From the NCBI RefSeq assembly GCF_009914755.1, contig NC_060926.1: 64,000 nt of DNA. One strand, given 5' to 3'. The stretch comes from the human T2T-CHM13v2.0 reference genome, Homo sapiens. Positions within the stretch are counted from its first letter, which is position 1, and every line of letters starts with the position of its first letter. Below the pieces are notes generated by a model. The model searched no databases, was not told the DNA's origin, and was given only the letters and a program-made list of their open reading frames with translations. Of this stretch, positions 13,631 through 24,609 are shown piece by piece. The position numbers were made by a program, and so were the translations under genes.

Positions 13631-15342
13631 TGTAACAAATATGCTTAATATTTACAGGATGCATATATTAGCTGGAAAAAAAATTACACTTTTTTTTCTA
13701 AAAATATTATGTTCTATCCTTGACACCTGCTCAGAGCTTCTGCAGAGAGAGATTTGTGGGAACCCTGTGTCTTACCAAAAATCAGCAATCACACAAGAGG
13801 TGTAGTGTCCTCCACAACCCTAGTTTGTGGGCTTAAGACCAGGTGCCCTGATTAGATCTTGGACATATAATACTAGAAAGACTCACTCAGTACTTAGTAT
13901 GGCTTGTTCAAGTGTTTTATAGGAAGTGCAAAGGGCTTAGAAACAATAGAACTTACTTGATTCCTGACTTTGAAACTCATTAGAAAGTGACCTTGCACTG
14001 CTGAGGAAACTCTCCAGACGTCATTGGTAATAGGAGAGTTTTTAGGAGGTGAACTTTAATGTCCCTTTTAGCTCTGTGATTCAATGACTTAATAGATGAA
14101 TAATTTTCCTAAAATAAGTTATAAAGAATCCAAATAATAGAACTAGAATTTACAGTTTACTTGGCAGTAAGTACTGGCTCTCAAATAATTTTAATTAGTT
14201 CTTGTTGAATTATGAAGTTTATTTTATTTGTATTTTATTATAAATGAACTGCAACTCTTACTTTTAGATGATTTTGCTAAGAATAAAGGAAAAGGAAGTA
14301 ATTTGAATTTCAAATTTTTAGCCCATCAAATGTGAAATGAATATTTAAAGGTGAACAATAAAATTAGGCTGCATTTTTGAAAAATATTTCTGCTTGCTAA
14401 AATCAGAATTATACAGCCACGACCTTTAAAATAAAAGACAGAATTTCAGATAAATGCAGTGGTTGTAGATTATAGTTTCTGGAGAATTCTGCCCCAAATG
14501 ATATATGCTCATTCATCTTTCCTTTCAAAGAACAACAATTAAAAAAAAATCTTTCAGTCAGTTGAGTGTTCTGGAATGCTAAAATAATATGAATGGCTTC
14601 CACTCTTCCATGTTAAAGTGAGTCCCCCAAAGGTTTACAATCTTTGATGTCCAGCCATGCTTGACTTGACATTTGAAAATTCTCTAGTAAGGAATCAAGG
14701 TAAATGGAGCATAAGTTTCTCTTAGCAAATTTGGTTTTGTAGATGTCATACTACATGCATGTAATATACATGACAATTACTCCACAGATTGGGGCACATG
14801 TGTTAATGTCACGAGAGCATCAGTGGGAAAGAACCTAAATTTTGTAATGTAATCGTAGTGGGATGGCAGAATTATCACATAATTTATATGATAAAGCAAA
14901 AGGAAGGCCGTGTCCCTGTAAGGATTCAGGCAATACAAGTCCACACAGAGCATTTCTCCATCTTAGACATCTTTGCACATCTTATTTCATCCACATTCAT
15001 TAGCTAAGTAACTCAGGGATCTCTGTCTTTTTTGTTGCTGTTTGTATGTTCTATTCTGCTGCCCCAATCTTTAGCTGATACAACAAAAGTATGAGTAAGA
15101 AACAGGGCATTTATAACGCACTGTAGACTCCATGGCATTTGGACACTCAGTAATGTGTTCTTGGTACTTTATGAGAATGTGCACAGTGATGGGGTTTTTG
15201 CTTAGCCAAGGTTTTCTTCATTCAGCAACATCATGAAAACGTCTTCTCCTTAATAAAATAATAACACAGGAATGAAGATTTCTGATACACAATGAGCCCA
15301 GGGGTTGACAAAGGAACTTAATCTTTATGAACTTGGGCTCTC

Positions 15343-16320
15343 CGGGATCGCGCCGTTGCACTCCAGCCTGAGCAACAAGAGGGAAACTCCGTCTCCAAAA
15401 AAAAAAAAACAACCCGGGCTCTCCAGGCCGCGCCCCGAGGCCTCAGGTCGGCCGGCTGCCCCTCCCTCTGCTCTGTTCCTAGCAGGGCTGGAAAGGCCTC
15501 TGCCGCTCAGTGGGGACCCAGCAAAGCCAAAAATCAGGTCCGGGGGAAGAGCGAACGGTGCGTGATGGAGGCTCCGAGGGGGAGCGAGAGGCGGAGGTCG
15601 CACAGTGTCCTGAGGGGGGAGACTGGAAAAGCAGACACGCAACCGTGGGAAGAAACCCGAAGGAGTAAAGAACTCAGAGCGAAAGTCCAAAATCTCCTCG
15701 GCACGCGGGCCTCCCTGCGGGGGCGCGGGCACCGCTGCGCGGGGAGCTCCGGAGCTGCAGAGAAGCTTCCACTCTGCCCGCGCCGCCCTGAGCACAGGCG
15801 ATGGGCCTCGGAGGGAGTCCGCGGAGCGGGACGCCTGCTGCTTGGACCTCGGCGTGAGACTTCGCGGGACGCAGACAACTTGAATGCGTGTGTCAGACCC
15901 GCGACCACTACAAGACAACGTCCAGAGACCCAGCCCCGGAAATGAAGAAAGACACTTCCGGTTCTCAGAGGGCGCCGTTCTTCCCTGAGAACACGGTCCA
16001 GGGAGGCTGGATGGCCACCGCGTCCACGGAGAGAGCACCCCAGGAGCTCCAGAAAGAACGTGACCACAACGCGCAGAAACCAAGCTGTGAGGCCAAGGTC
16101 CAGCCTTTCCCGCATGGCGCTTTGGCTCCTGGGGTTCTGCTTGCAGCCCACAGGGGCCCTGAAGTGCCAGGGGGGGACCTTGGGCCACCAGGAGCGAGGC
16201 AGGCCACGATTTGAGGGCTTAGGTCCAGAGCACCTGCTGCTTTGATGCTGTTTCCCTCGTAGCCGGGTCCTGAATGCCCAGAGACTCGGCAGAACATCAG
16301 CTGGTGCTACTCGCCTTAAG
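15343..16320. promoter_or_regulatory. CpG island, candidate (possibly bidirectional) promoter
   Basis: Abrupt GC- and CpG-rich segment in AT-rich DNA; ETS motifs CCGGAAAT (15936-15943) and CACTTCCGGT (15953-15962) in opposite orientation; ACTACAA at 15907; ATGGCG at 16114. Confidence 0.8.
15344..15409 (+). mobile_element. Severely 5'-truncated Alu (AluS-type right-arm end plus A tail)
   Basis: GATCGCGCCGTTGCACTCCAGCCTGAGCAACAAGAGGGAAACTCCGTCTC followed by A-tail; TSD-like AACTTGGGCTCTCC (15330-15343) / AACCCGGGCTCTCC (15411-15424). Confidence 0.9.
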
Positions 16321-16431
16321 GCACTTTTGATTGAGTTCTTGTCAGTTTAGCTACTGTTCATTAGTTTATGCGGAAATTGTTCTTATTGAAGTTTGATGAA
16401 TGGTGTTAGGTTTGTAAGGTACTGTTTTTCA

Positions 16432-16437
16432 AATAAA
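16432..16437 (+). terminator. Candidate polyadenylation signal AATAAA
   Basis: Canonical hexamer after a T-rich 3'UTR-like stretch downstream of the island, followed by a TA-rich tract. Confidence 0.35.
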
Positions 16438-16474
16438 GACACATATATGTGTATACATGTACATATCCATATAT

Positions 16475-16626
16475 ATGGTACAGGAAGGAAGCTGGTACAG
16501 CACAAAGGAAGCTGGTATAGGAAGCTGGTACAGGAGCCAAGAAATAGGGAAGGAAATAGGTGGGCTATATCGTGTTTCCTGCGTAATCACTATCTCCAGT
16601 AAACAGATGTGTATATTAAGAGCCTT
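16475..16626 (+). repeat. 152-bp direct repeat, copy 2
   Basis: Matches 13479-13630 with 9 substitutions; flanked on both sides by TA/TG/CA low-complexity tracts. Confidence 0.97.
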
Positions 16627-16711
16627 GTGTGTGTATATATATATATATCTATATATATATACACACACATATATGTATACATATACATATATACATACAC
16701 ATATATGTATG
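16627..16711. repeat. (TG)/(TA)/(CA) low-complexity microsatellite
   Basis: Directly visible. Confidence 0.9.
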
Positions 16712-16965
16712 AAATGAGTGAGCTCTGGTTTATTGATTATCCGATGACTGGCAGTTATTGAATAATCCATCTTCCCCTTGTCTATTTGAAATACTTGCTT
16801 TCTCATATTTTAGTTGTCAATGTGTCTTGGATATATTTAGACTTTTGAAAATTATTTTCCAGTGATTTATTCTAGCCCTGCCCCAACAGGACCCGCTGTA
16901 ATTTTGGTTGTTTTATTATACATTTCAATGTTATTTAGGACAAGTCCCTGTCATTATTCTTCTTT
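16712..16965 (-). mobile_element. Old L1M(E)-like fragment
   Basis: TTATTGAATAATCCATCTTCCCC...TTTCTCATATTTTAGTT...TAGGACAAGTCCCTGTCATTATTCT resembles antisense ancient L1 ORF2. Confidence 0.5.
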
Positions 16966-16966
16966 T

Positions 16967-17029
16967 GTATACATCATATACGTGTATGTACATATGTATA
17001 TACATATATGTCTATATATACATGTACAG

Positions 17030-17088
<59 letters not shown>
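16967..17088. repeat. (TA)n/(GA)n compound microsatellite
   Basis: Directly visible. Confidence 0.95.
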
Positions 17089-17091
<3 letters not shown>

Positions 17092-17097
17092 TGACTG

Positions 17098-17326
17098 ACT
17101 TGGGCTCTCTAGAGCCACCCTACTTGGATGCAACTCCCAGATCTGCCACTTGCTAGCTGTGTGACCATGAGCGATTTACTTAGTCTCTCTGTATACTGCA
17201 TGCCATAAAAAGTAGAATTGGAATGGCAAGAGGATCTTCCTCTGAGGACTGAGTTAATACATATAAAGTATGTAGAACATCACCCTTAACATAATAAGCA
17301 CTCGATAAATCATAGATATTATTATT
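17098..17326 (+). mobile_element. MIR
   Basis: TCTGCCACTTGCTAGCTGTGTGACCATGAGCGATTTACTTAGTCTCTCTG...TAAGCACTCGATAAAT...TATTATTATT. Confidence 0.85.
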
Positions 17327-17718
17327 AATGAGAGCTTAAAGATGGGTAACTAGAGAGACAATCTGGGGAAGGAGCGTAAGTGTGCATCATCTGCAGACAT
17401 CACAGGGAGCAATTGTATAAAATGCTACAGTTGAATCCTCACAGTTTGAATATTTTAAACTTGAGATACCCAGATTGAGATTCTCATTGTGGTTGGCCAA
17501 TCCAGAGCATGAGAAACTGAATTTCAATTATTCATATTTTTGCACTCAAAGCTAGCTCTTTCAGAGCTGCTCTCTGGAACTCAGGCAAAACATTACAGTT
17601 AAATTCTGAACTCCTTTCCCTTCTTCTCACTGAAGAGAAAATTAACAAGAAGCATGTGGATAAATGTAAAGCAAGCAGAAGAGTCATAACCCTTGGAGAG
17701 ACTCAAGAGTATAGTTCA

Positions 17719-18050
<332 letters not shown>

Positions 18051-18112
18051 ATTCATCTTTCTTTTTTTGCCACGAGTAGCCACAGGCACAATCGGGGATG
18101 GAGAGGAACACA

Positions 18113-18432
18113 GATGGCATAGAGCATCCAAAAGATGGCATAGAGCATCCAAAAGATGGCATAGAGCATCCAAAAGATGGCAGAGAGCATCCAAAAGGTG
18201 GCAGAGAGCATCCAAAAGATGGCAGAGAGCATCCAAAAGATGGGATAGAGCATCCAAAAGATGGCATAGAGCATCCAAAAGATGGCAGAGAGCATCCAAA
18301 AGATGGCAGAGAGCATCCAAAAGATGGCACAGAGCATCCAAAAGATGGCATAGAGCATCCAAAAGATGGCAGAGAGCATCCAAAAGATGGCACAGAGCAT
18401 ACAAAAGATGGCACAGAGCATACAAAAGATGG
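18113..18432. repeat. 21-bp minisatellite (candidate VNTR), 15 full units, consensus GATGGCA(T/G/C)AGAGCATCCAAAA
   Basis: Directly visible; the ORF track shows 15 heptads DG(I/R/T)EH(P/T)K. Confidence 0.97.
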
Positions 18433-19489
18433 TATGGGGGTTGCTGAGGGGACTCTGGAGTCCCCTGAAATCGCATAGGTCTCCTATAAATTCATCAGTA
18501 CCTTATATTACAACATAGTGGTCAAGGAAAAAAATGTATGCTGAAAAGTATATTTGAATGTTGCCACAGTAAGTTGCTTTCCTGGACCTAGCCCTGTGAC
18601 TGGACCCCAGTAACCAGAGAACACCGCACCCAAGTTAAAGAAGTGAGATAGTACAATCAGTCCACCATTCTTGAGCTACCTGCCTAACAGCCTGGCCTAT
18701 GCAGCTTTTTCTACATCCCTGCACATCCTTCTCACCTACACATTATCTCTGCCAGAAGGGAAATCAGCTTGTTCTTTGCATGCACCCTTTTTTCTCTTAT
18801 CATTTTTTTTCTTGTAATGCCGCCTATGACTGCTACAAGAGAAAACACGACATGAAGCTGCTGTGTCCATTGCAGGTTCCTTGATTTTGAGCAAAGGTGG
18901 AAGGGACCCATGGCTTCTTCACATTCGTCAAAGGAGGGAAAGGAAGCTGTCATTGGAATGTCAGACCTAAATGTAAACAGATTTCACAGAAAATCTTTCA
19001 TACTTCTCATTTAGGGGAATTAGTTTGGATTGTCTGAATAATAGATATACTAATATTGTTATTGTAAACTGAAATTTTATAGAAATATAAGCCCTACAAT
19101 TCCAGATGACCCCCAAGAGAAAAATGTGTTGTCCATGGGAAGAAAAACAGATCAATGAACTGGAGGAATGGTGTGACCCAACCACCTTCACTCATAGAAA
19201 TTACTGTGCTTCATTCAGTACATAGTATATATTTACATTGCAGGAAAACAAGGTCTGGGATGGTTAGTTTTGCTCCAGTAGCCTGGAAAAAGCAGACTTG
19301 CCTATACTTGCAGTTCTGGCTATGATAGACTCTGTATGTCTCTAAGCTTGAATGTAATTAGAAATCTTAATATACAGCCCATCGGGTCAGAACCTCGAAA
19401 GGGATGGATGGAGACACACCAAGTACCATCATTTTTTTCTGAGTTTTATCTTATATATACTAGTTATTGGTACTTACTTTATATCTTCA

Positions 19490-19625
19490 GAACTTAGAGT
19501 TTTACCCATCACTGAACACTTCATCAAAATGTAAGATGTTATCTTACTCCCTATTCCTAATGCATAGCTCAGTGCTAGGTACATAGTAGTCATTTAACAC
19601 TGTTTTAATGAGTAGATGAATGAAT
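19490..19625 (+). mobile_element. L2 3' end
   Basis: TAGCTCAGTGCTAGGTACATAGTAGTCATTTAACACTGTTTTAATGAGTAGATGAATGAAT. Confidence 0.6.
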
Positions 19626-20339
19626 ATGTGGATATAAAATGTGTGTTCTACTTATATAAACATCTCAATGCACAGGTTAAAAACTTTCAAAGTAGGAAAA
19701 TTTAAACACATTTATTTTCCATTCTATTTTATTTCTAACACTGATATAATATGGCTTCTATAAAAAAGAATACCAAAGGGATGAAAATGTAGTATTATCT
19801 CCTTTTCACATAGCTGAACAGCCACTCATTTCTTTTTCATATGAAAACATGAAGACCTAGACCTATTAGTAGGAGCCATATCATGGGTATTTAGCAAACG
19901 CCATTTTCATCTGAAGGAGGAAAATTTAGAATTTGATCTCTCAGCTGCCCTCAGCCATGTTAGAATTAAATAAGTGATCATATAGGCAACCTCTAAAGTC
20001 CCATGTATATGCAAGACTGAGACAGAGAGACATAGAACCAGATAGGGCAAGAGGTTGAGGCACCTTAGAGGTTATCTAGAGGAGTTTTCTTAGGTCTTAA
20101 ATATAGAAACTTGGACCCAGAAGGGGCAGACAGACAACATATTTACTCAAAATAATACTGTTATAGCTGTTAGACTAGGAATGATGACCTGGTCTCATCG
20201 TAGAAAAAGGCATATGATGGTAAATACATAGTATAATACTAAATGTTTTATATGTCTTAATCGTAACTATATAATAACATGCTCATTAAAACATGACTAG
20301 TTACTTTTTACTTTTTTCTATTTTCAAGCATTCTCTTGT

Positions 20340-20552
20340 CTAGGAGTTAGGGAACATTTTCTGTAAAGGGACAGATAGTAATTTGTTTAAGTAATTGGTA
20401 ATTTCTTTACTGGCAAAGAGGCCACATACTTTGCCTTTGTAGCGTGAGAGTAGCCATAGACACTATGCAAATGTGTGAGTGTGGCTGTGTTCATGGGCTC
20501 CAAAATAAGGCCTGGCTGGATTTGGTTCAATGGCCTCAATTGGACTACCCAT
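20340..20552 (-). mobile_element. MER58A
   Basis: ATTTTCTGTAAAGGGACAGATAGTA; TAGCCATAGACACTATGCAAATGTGTGAGTGTGGCTGTGTTC; GCTGGATTTGG. Confidence 0.75.
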
Positions 20553-21453
20553 GCTTCATGCTTTTAATTAATGTTCATCGATTAAACAAATATTATGTAC
20601 CAGACATTGTGTTATTTGCTGGGATACAAAGGTGAATAAAAGCTAATTTTCATTTCATTATATCATGCCTTAAACTATAGTCATTGCCTTTTTTTTAATT
20701 AAAAGTTATTCGTGAATTATTAGCTCTCTAAGGTAAGAAAAATATTACTTTGTTGGTATCTTTCTAGTTGATGTAACCTGAAGGATAAGCTCCTTCTTCT
20801 AACATGCCTTAACCAAGGGAAGAAAGAAATGCAAATGAATTAGGTATGCTTTGAGTTTATATGAATATAACTGACCTTCTTAATATACAGGGCTTAATAT
20901 TATTGCTTAGCTCTACAAAGGAAGAACAAAACTCAGTGTTTCTGTTGAAATTTGCCTTCAAAGAAAATGGAGTCAGTGAACTACAGAATCCTTGAGATCC
21001 TTTGTGGAATATTCATGCTTGGCAAATCCCCCTCGGGTGTACTAATATTGCTCAAATAGAGCTCAAGGGATATTGAGTAAATGCTGCTACAGAGGGGATA
21101 AGACTTCAGAAAAGAAGAGTACAAACAGAAACTTACGTTTTTACAAAGAACTAAATTGTGTGAGTGCTAATAAGAATGCAATCTAAGTTTAATCAGGAGT
21201 GGCTTGTAGAAGTTAGGTAAGTACAAATCTGAAACATTCTGATAACTGTAACAGAGAATGTTCTACATGCTTGGACTTGGAAAAAAATTCTTATCAAATG
21301 AAGTTTTGAGTTTTACAAATATTCAATAAGTATAGACTGATTGAATGTCCTTTGTATCTTTAGGTCAGTGACCTCTTGAGGCTTAAGAGAAAGAAAACAT
21401 TTTTTTTTTTGCTAAGAGGTGGCCCAGTGGAAATTTAACAATCTAGCTTATAA

Positions 21454-21971
21454 AGTATTGGTCCTGAGTTCTCCAGAGAAACAGAATTAACATATGAAGA
21501 GATTTGTTATGGGAATGGGCTCATGTGATCGCTGAGGCCAAGAAGTTTCATAATCTGCCATCTACAAGCTGAAGAAACAGGAAAGCTGGTGGTGTGATTC
21601 AGCCTGAGCCTGAAGCTCTGGGAACTTGTGTATAACTGGGGAGGCTGGCAGTGGAGGATGGAACTGGTATAAATGCCAAAGTTTAAAAATGTGAGAACCA
21701 GGAGCTGTGTTATCCAAGAGAAGAAGAAGATGAATGTCCTAGCGCAGAAAGAAAGAGAGATCTTCCTCCACCTTTTTATTCTCTTCAGGCCTTTAAAGAT
21801 TGGATAATGCCTGCCTACATTTGGGAGGAAGGATTTTTGCCTTCTCAGTCTACTGATTCAAATGCTAACTTCTTTCCAAAACCCTCTGATAGACACAACC
21901 AGAAATATTATCTTACCAGCTATCTGAGCAGCCTTAGCCCAGTAAAGTTGGCACATAAAATTAACATCACA
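21454..21971 (-). mobile_element. ERVL solo LTR (MLT2B-like)
   Basis: GTTCTCCAGAGAAACAGAA; CTCAGTCTACTGATTCAAATGCTAA; CCCAGTAAAGTTGGCACATAAAATTAACATCACA. Confidence 0.88.
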
Positions 21972-22149
21972 CACTATGAATGAAAAACCTCAAAATTAAA
22001 CCCACACTCAGCAAAAATGAAAAGTAGCCTAAGGTAAAACCTGATACTTGTTTATAATTTTCACCACCAACTGTTGATATGGGCAGAACTAATGTATTTT
22101 GCTATGGAACATGGCTTTCCTTATATGTGTGAAAATAAGAAAGTTGTCT

Positions 22150-22480
22150 TTGCTGACCCTTTCTTTCTCTGTGGAATGTTCCCTCCTCTATTCTCTGATA
22201 GGAGACTTTTTATTGCATTTCAAGCTTCAGAAGTTATGCCCTTTATTATTTTCTCTCTCTCCTGTATTTTCATCATTTTTTACATACATGTAATGAATCA
22301 GTTATGTTCTCTCGTAAATGTCGTGTTCTCATGTAAATATCATGTTCTCTTGTCTATTTCCCTGTCTTCTGCAAGACTCCATCCAGGACGAGGGCCATTT
22401 CTTAACATTGCTTGAGTCTGATCATCCACTTAGTATTACTTAAAGCATAGTGATTAGCTCAAAACACGTTTGTTTAATAA
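22150..22480 (+). mobile_element. L2 3' fragment
   Basis: CTGCAAGACTCCATCCAGGACGAGGGCCATTTCTT...AGCTCAAAACACGTTTGTTTAATAAA. Confidence 0.55.
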
Positions 22481-23281
22481 ACATCAAGGTTGCATCTACT
22501 TTCTTGTTGTTACAACTGTTCCCCACTCATCTCTAGTGATTGCTATTTTAAAATTCTGATTCATGTTTAATATCAAAAAGCCTATACATTTTAGTGTAAT
22601 ACTTGGATTCCTAGTATCCCTAGCTTGAGATAACAACAGTATCAAAGGCTACCCTAATTTCAGCAATGCTTTTAATAAATGCATATGCAAAAAGCATTTG
22701 TGTAATTTTGAAAAGCTAATAATATATGTAGGTGTATGTGTGATTGTTCAGCCTACAGTAGTCAGTGTACATGTATGTTTCTATAATAAAAACCTGGGAA
22801 TTAAGCTGTTGCACTTAATGGGGCCTTTGGTACTGTGGATGGGGAAGACTCCCTTATGTCAATGAAGGAGTTACGTCTTTCTGTAGAAATTTTGTCTCTT
22901 TCTTTCTCACTACAGATCATCAGGTTGACAGTATTGAATTGATGGCACCCTAATAAGGAATAGCAATTTTCATGTAAATAATTTTATAAAATACTTTCTT
23001 TTTGCTGCTTACTACTTACACAAGAGAACAAATCAGTTCTATTACCTAAAAGACATACTAATATTATTTAGTAATTTGTCATTTGGGCTACCTTAAATTG
23101 CCAGCAGTTTTGGTAAGTGATATCAGCTTTCTCTCATAAAAATGGCCATTTTTTTTATTATTACAAATAACATGACTCATTTCAGGGAGAAAAAATATAA
23201 ATTTAAGTCACCTCCTTTCATCAACATTAGGCTTTTCCTAGTCAGGGACCCCATTTAATGTCTGCAAAATTTAAAATTATT

Positions 23282-24081
23282 TTTATGCAGCCAAAAGACA
23301 CATGAAAAAATGCTCATCATCACTGGCCATCAGAGAAATGCAAATCAAAACCACAATGAGATACCATCTCACACCAGTTAGAATGGCAATCATTAAAAAG
23401 TCAGGAAACAACAGGTGCTGGAGAGGATGTGGAGAAATAGGAACACTTTTACACTGTTGGTGGGACTGTAAACTAGTTCAACCATTGTGGAAGTCGGTGT
23501 GGAGATTCCTCAGGGATCTAGAACCAGAAATACCATTTGACCCAGCCATCCCATTACTGGGTATATACCCAAAGGACTATAAATCATGCTGCTATAAAGA
23601 CACATGCACACGTATGTTTATTGTGGCACTATTCACAATAGCAAAGACTTGGAACCAACCCAAATGTCCCACAGTGATAGACAATGATAGACTGGATTAA
23701 GAAAATGTGGTACATATACACCACGGAATACTATGCAGCCATAAAAAAGGATGAGTTCATGTCCTTTGTAGGGACATGGATGAAATTGGAAATCATCATT
23801 CTCAGTAAACTATCGCAAGGACAAAAAACCAAACACCGCATGTTCTCACTCATAGATGGAAATTGAACAATGAGAACACATGGACACAGGAAGGGGAACA
23901 TCACACTCTGGGGACTGTTGTGGGGTGGGGGGAGTGGGGAGGGATAGCATTAGGAGATATACCTAATGCTAAATGACGAGTTAATGGGTGCAGCAAACCA
24001 GCATGACACATGTATACATATGTAACTAACCTGCACATTGTGCACATGCACCCTAAAACTTAAAGTATAATAATAATAAGA
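23282..24081 (+). mobile_element. 5'-truncated L1PA (L1PA3-like), ORF2 C-terminus plus 3'UTR
   Basis: ORF track [25 protein letters not shown]...[12 protein letters not shown] = L1 ORF2 C-terminus; G-rich 3'UTR; GAG rather than the L1HS-Ta ACA diagnostic; TSD AAAATTATTTTTAT at 23273-23286 and 24082-24095. Confidence 0.95.
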
Positions 24082-24609
24082 AAAATTATTTTTATCTAAT
24101 CATAAAATCTACATATGCCAACATACAGATCATAAAGAACAAGTTGTATTTATATTTCAAGGGAAAATTATGTTTACTCTATTACCTATCATAATAATGC
24201 TTGTCTGTTGTTGTAAGCCATCCATCATCTTAGAAGTAAATAATTGTTGTGCTGTAGGAAAACACATCAATATAGAGAATGATGATGGTGTGATTATAAT
24301 AATTATCACACATATCATAGGTAGTTACTACCATTTAATTCTGTTTTAACATATTATAGAGCTAGTAAGGTCACATTAAGGAGAAGACACAAGATGAAAG
24401 ACCCTTAAAGAATTCTTGTTCACTGGAAATTACAAGAATAAAAGTCTGAAGCAAATTTGGTTGACAAGTCTTTTTCTGGCTAAACTATAGTTATTGATAT
24501 CTAGTTATTGATATTATGGGTTTAAGAAGGATTAAAATAACTTTCAGTTGGGAAGAATGTTTTAAGTAGTCATCTAAAAGATGAGAAAGTTGAAAAGACT
24601 AAAGACTTA

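Noticed and set aside
15325-16188. 287-aa minus-strand ORF and overlapping ORFs in the CpG island
   Set aside because: The 287-aa ORF starts at GTG and runs into antisense Alu. The ORFs are Pro/Arg/Gly/Ser-rich with no recognisable domain, and long ORFs in several frames are expected in GC-rich DNA.
15331-17109. ACTTGGGCTCTC at 15331 and again at 17098 as a TSD around a 1.75-kb insertion
   Set aside because: The second copy lies at the 5' end of a MIR, whose consensus has a similar GGGCTCT motif. The first is better explained as the Alu stub TSD. Not fully excluded.
18113-18432. CRISPR-like or coiled-coil gene interpretation of the 21-bp repeat
   Set aside because: The units are contiguous with no unique spacers and the context is eukaryotic. 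The heptad peptides follow simply from a 21-bp period.
23909-23943. G-quadruplex-forming G runs
   Set aside because: Standard feature of the L1PA 3'UTR.
24488-24514. 13-bp near-tandem duplication TAGTTATTGATAT
   Set aside because: Ordinary slippage-type microduplication.
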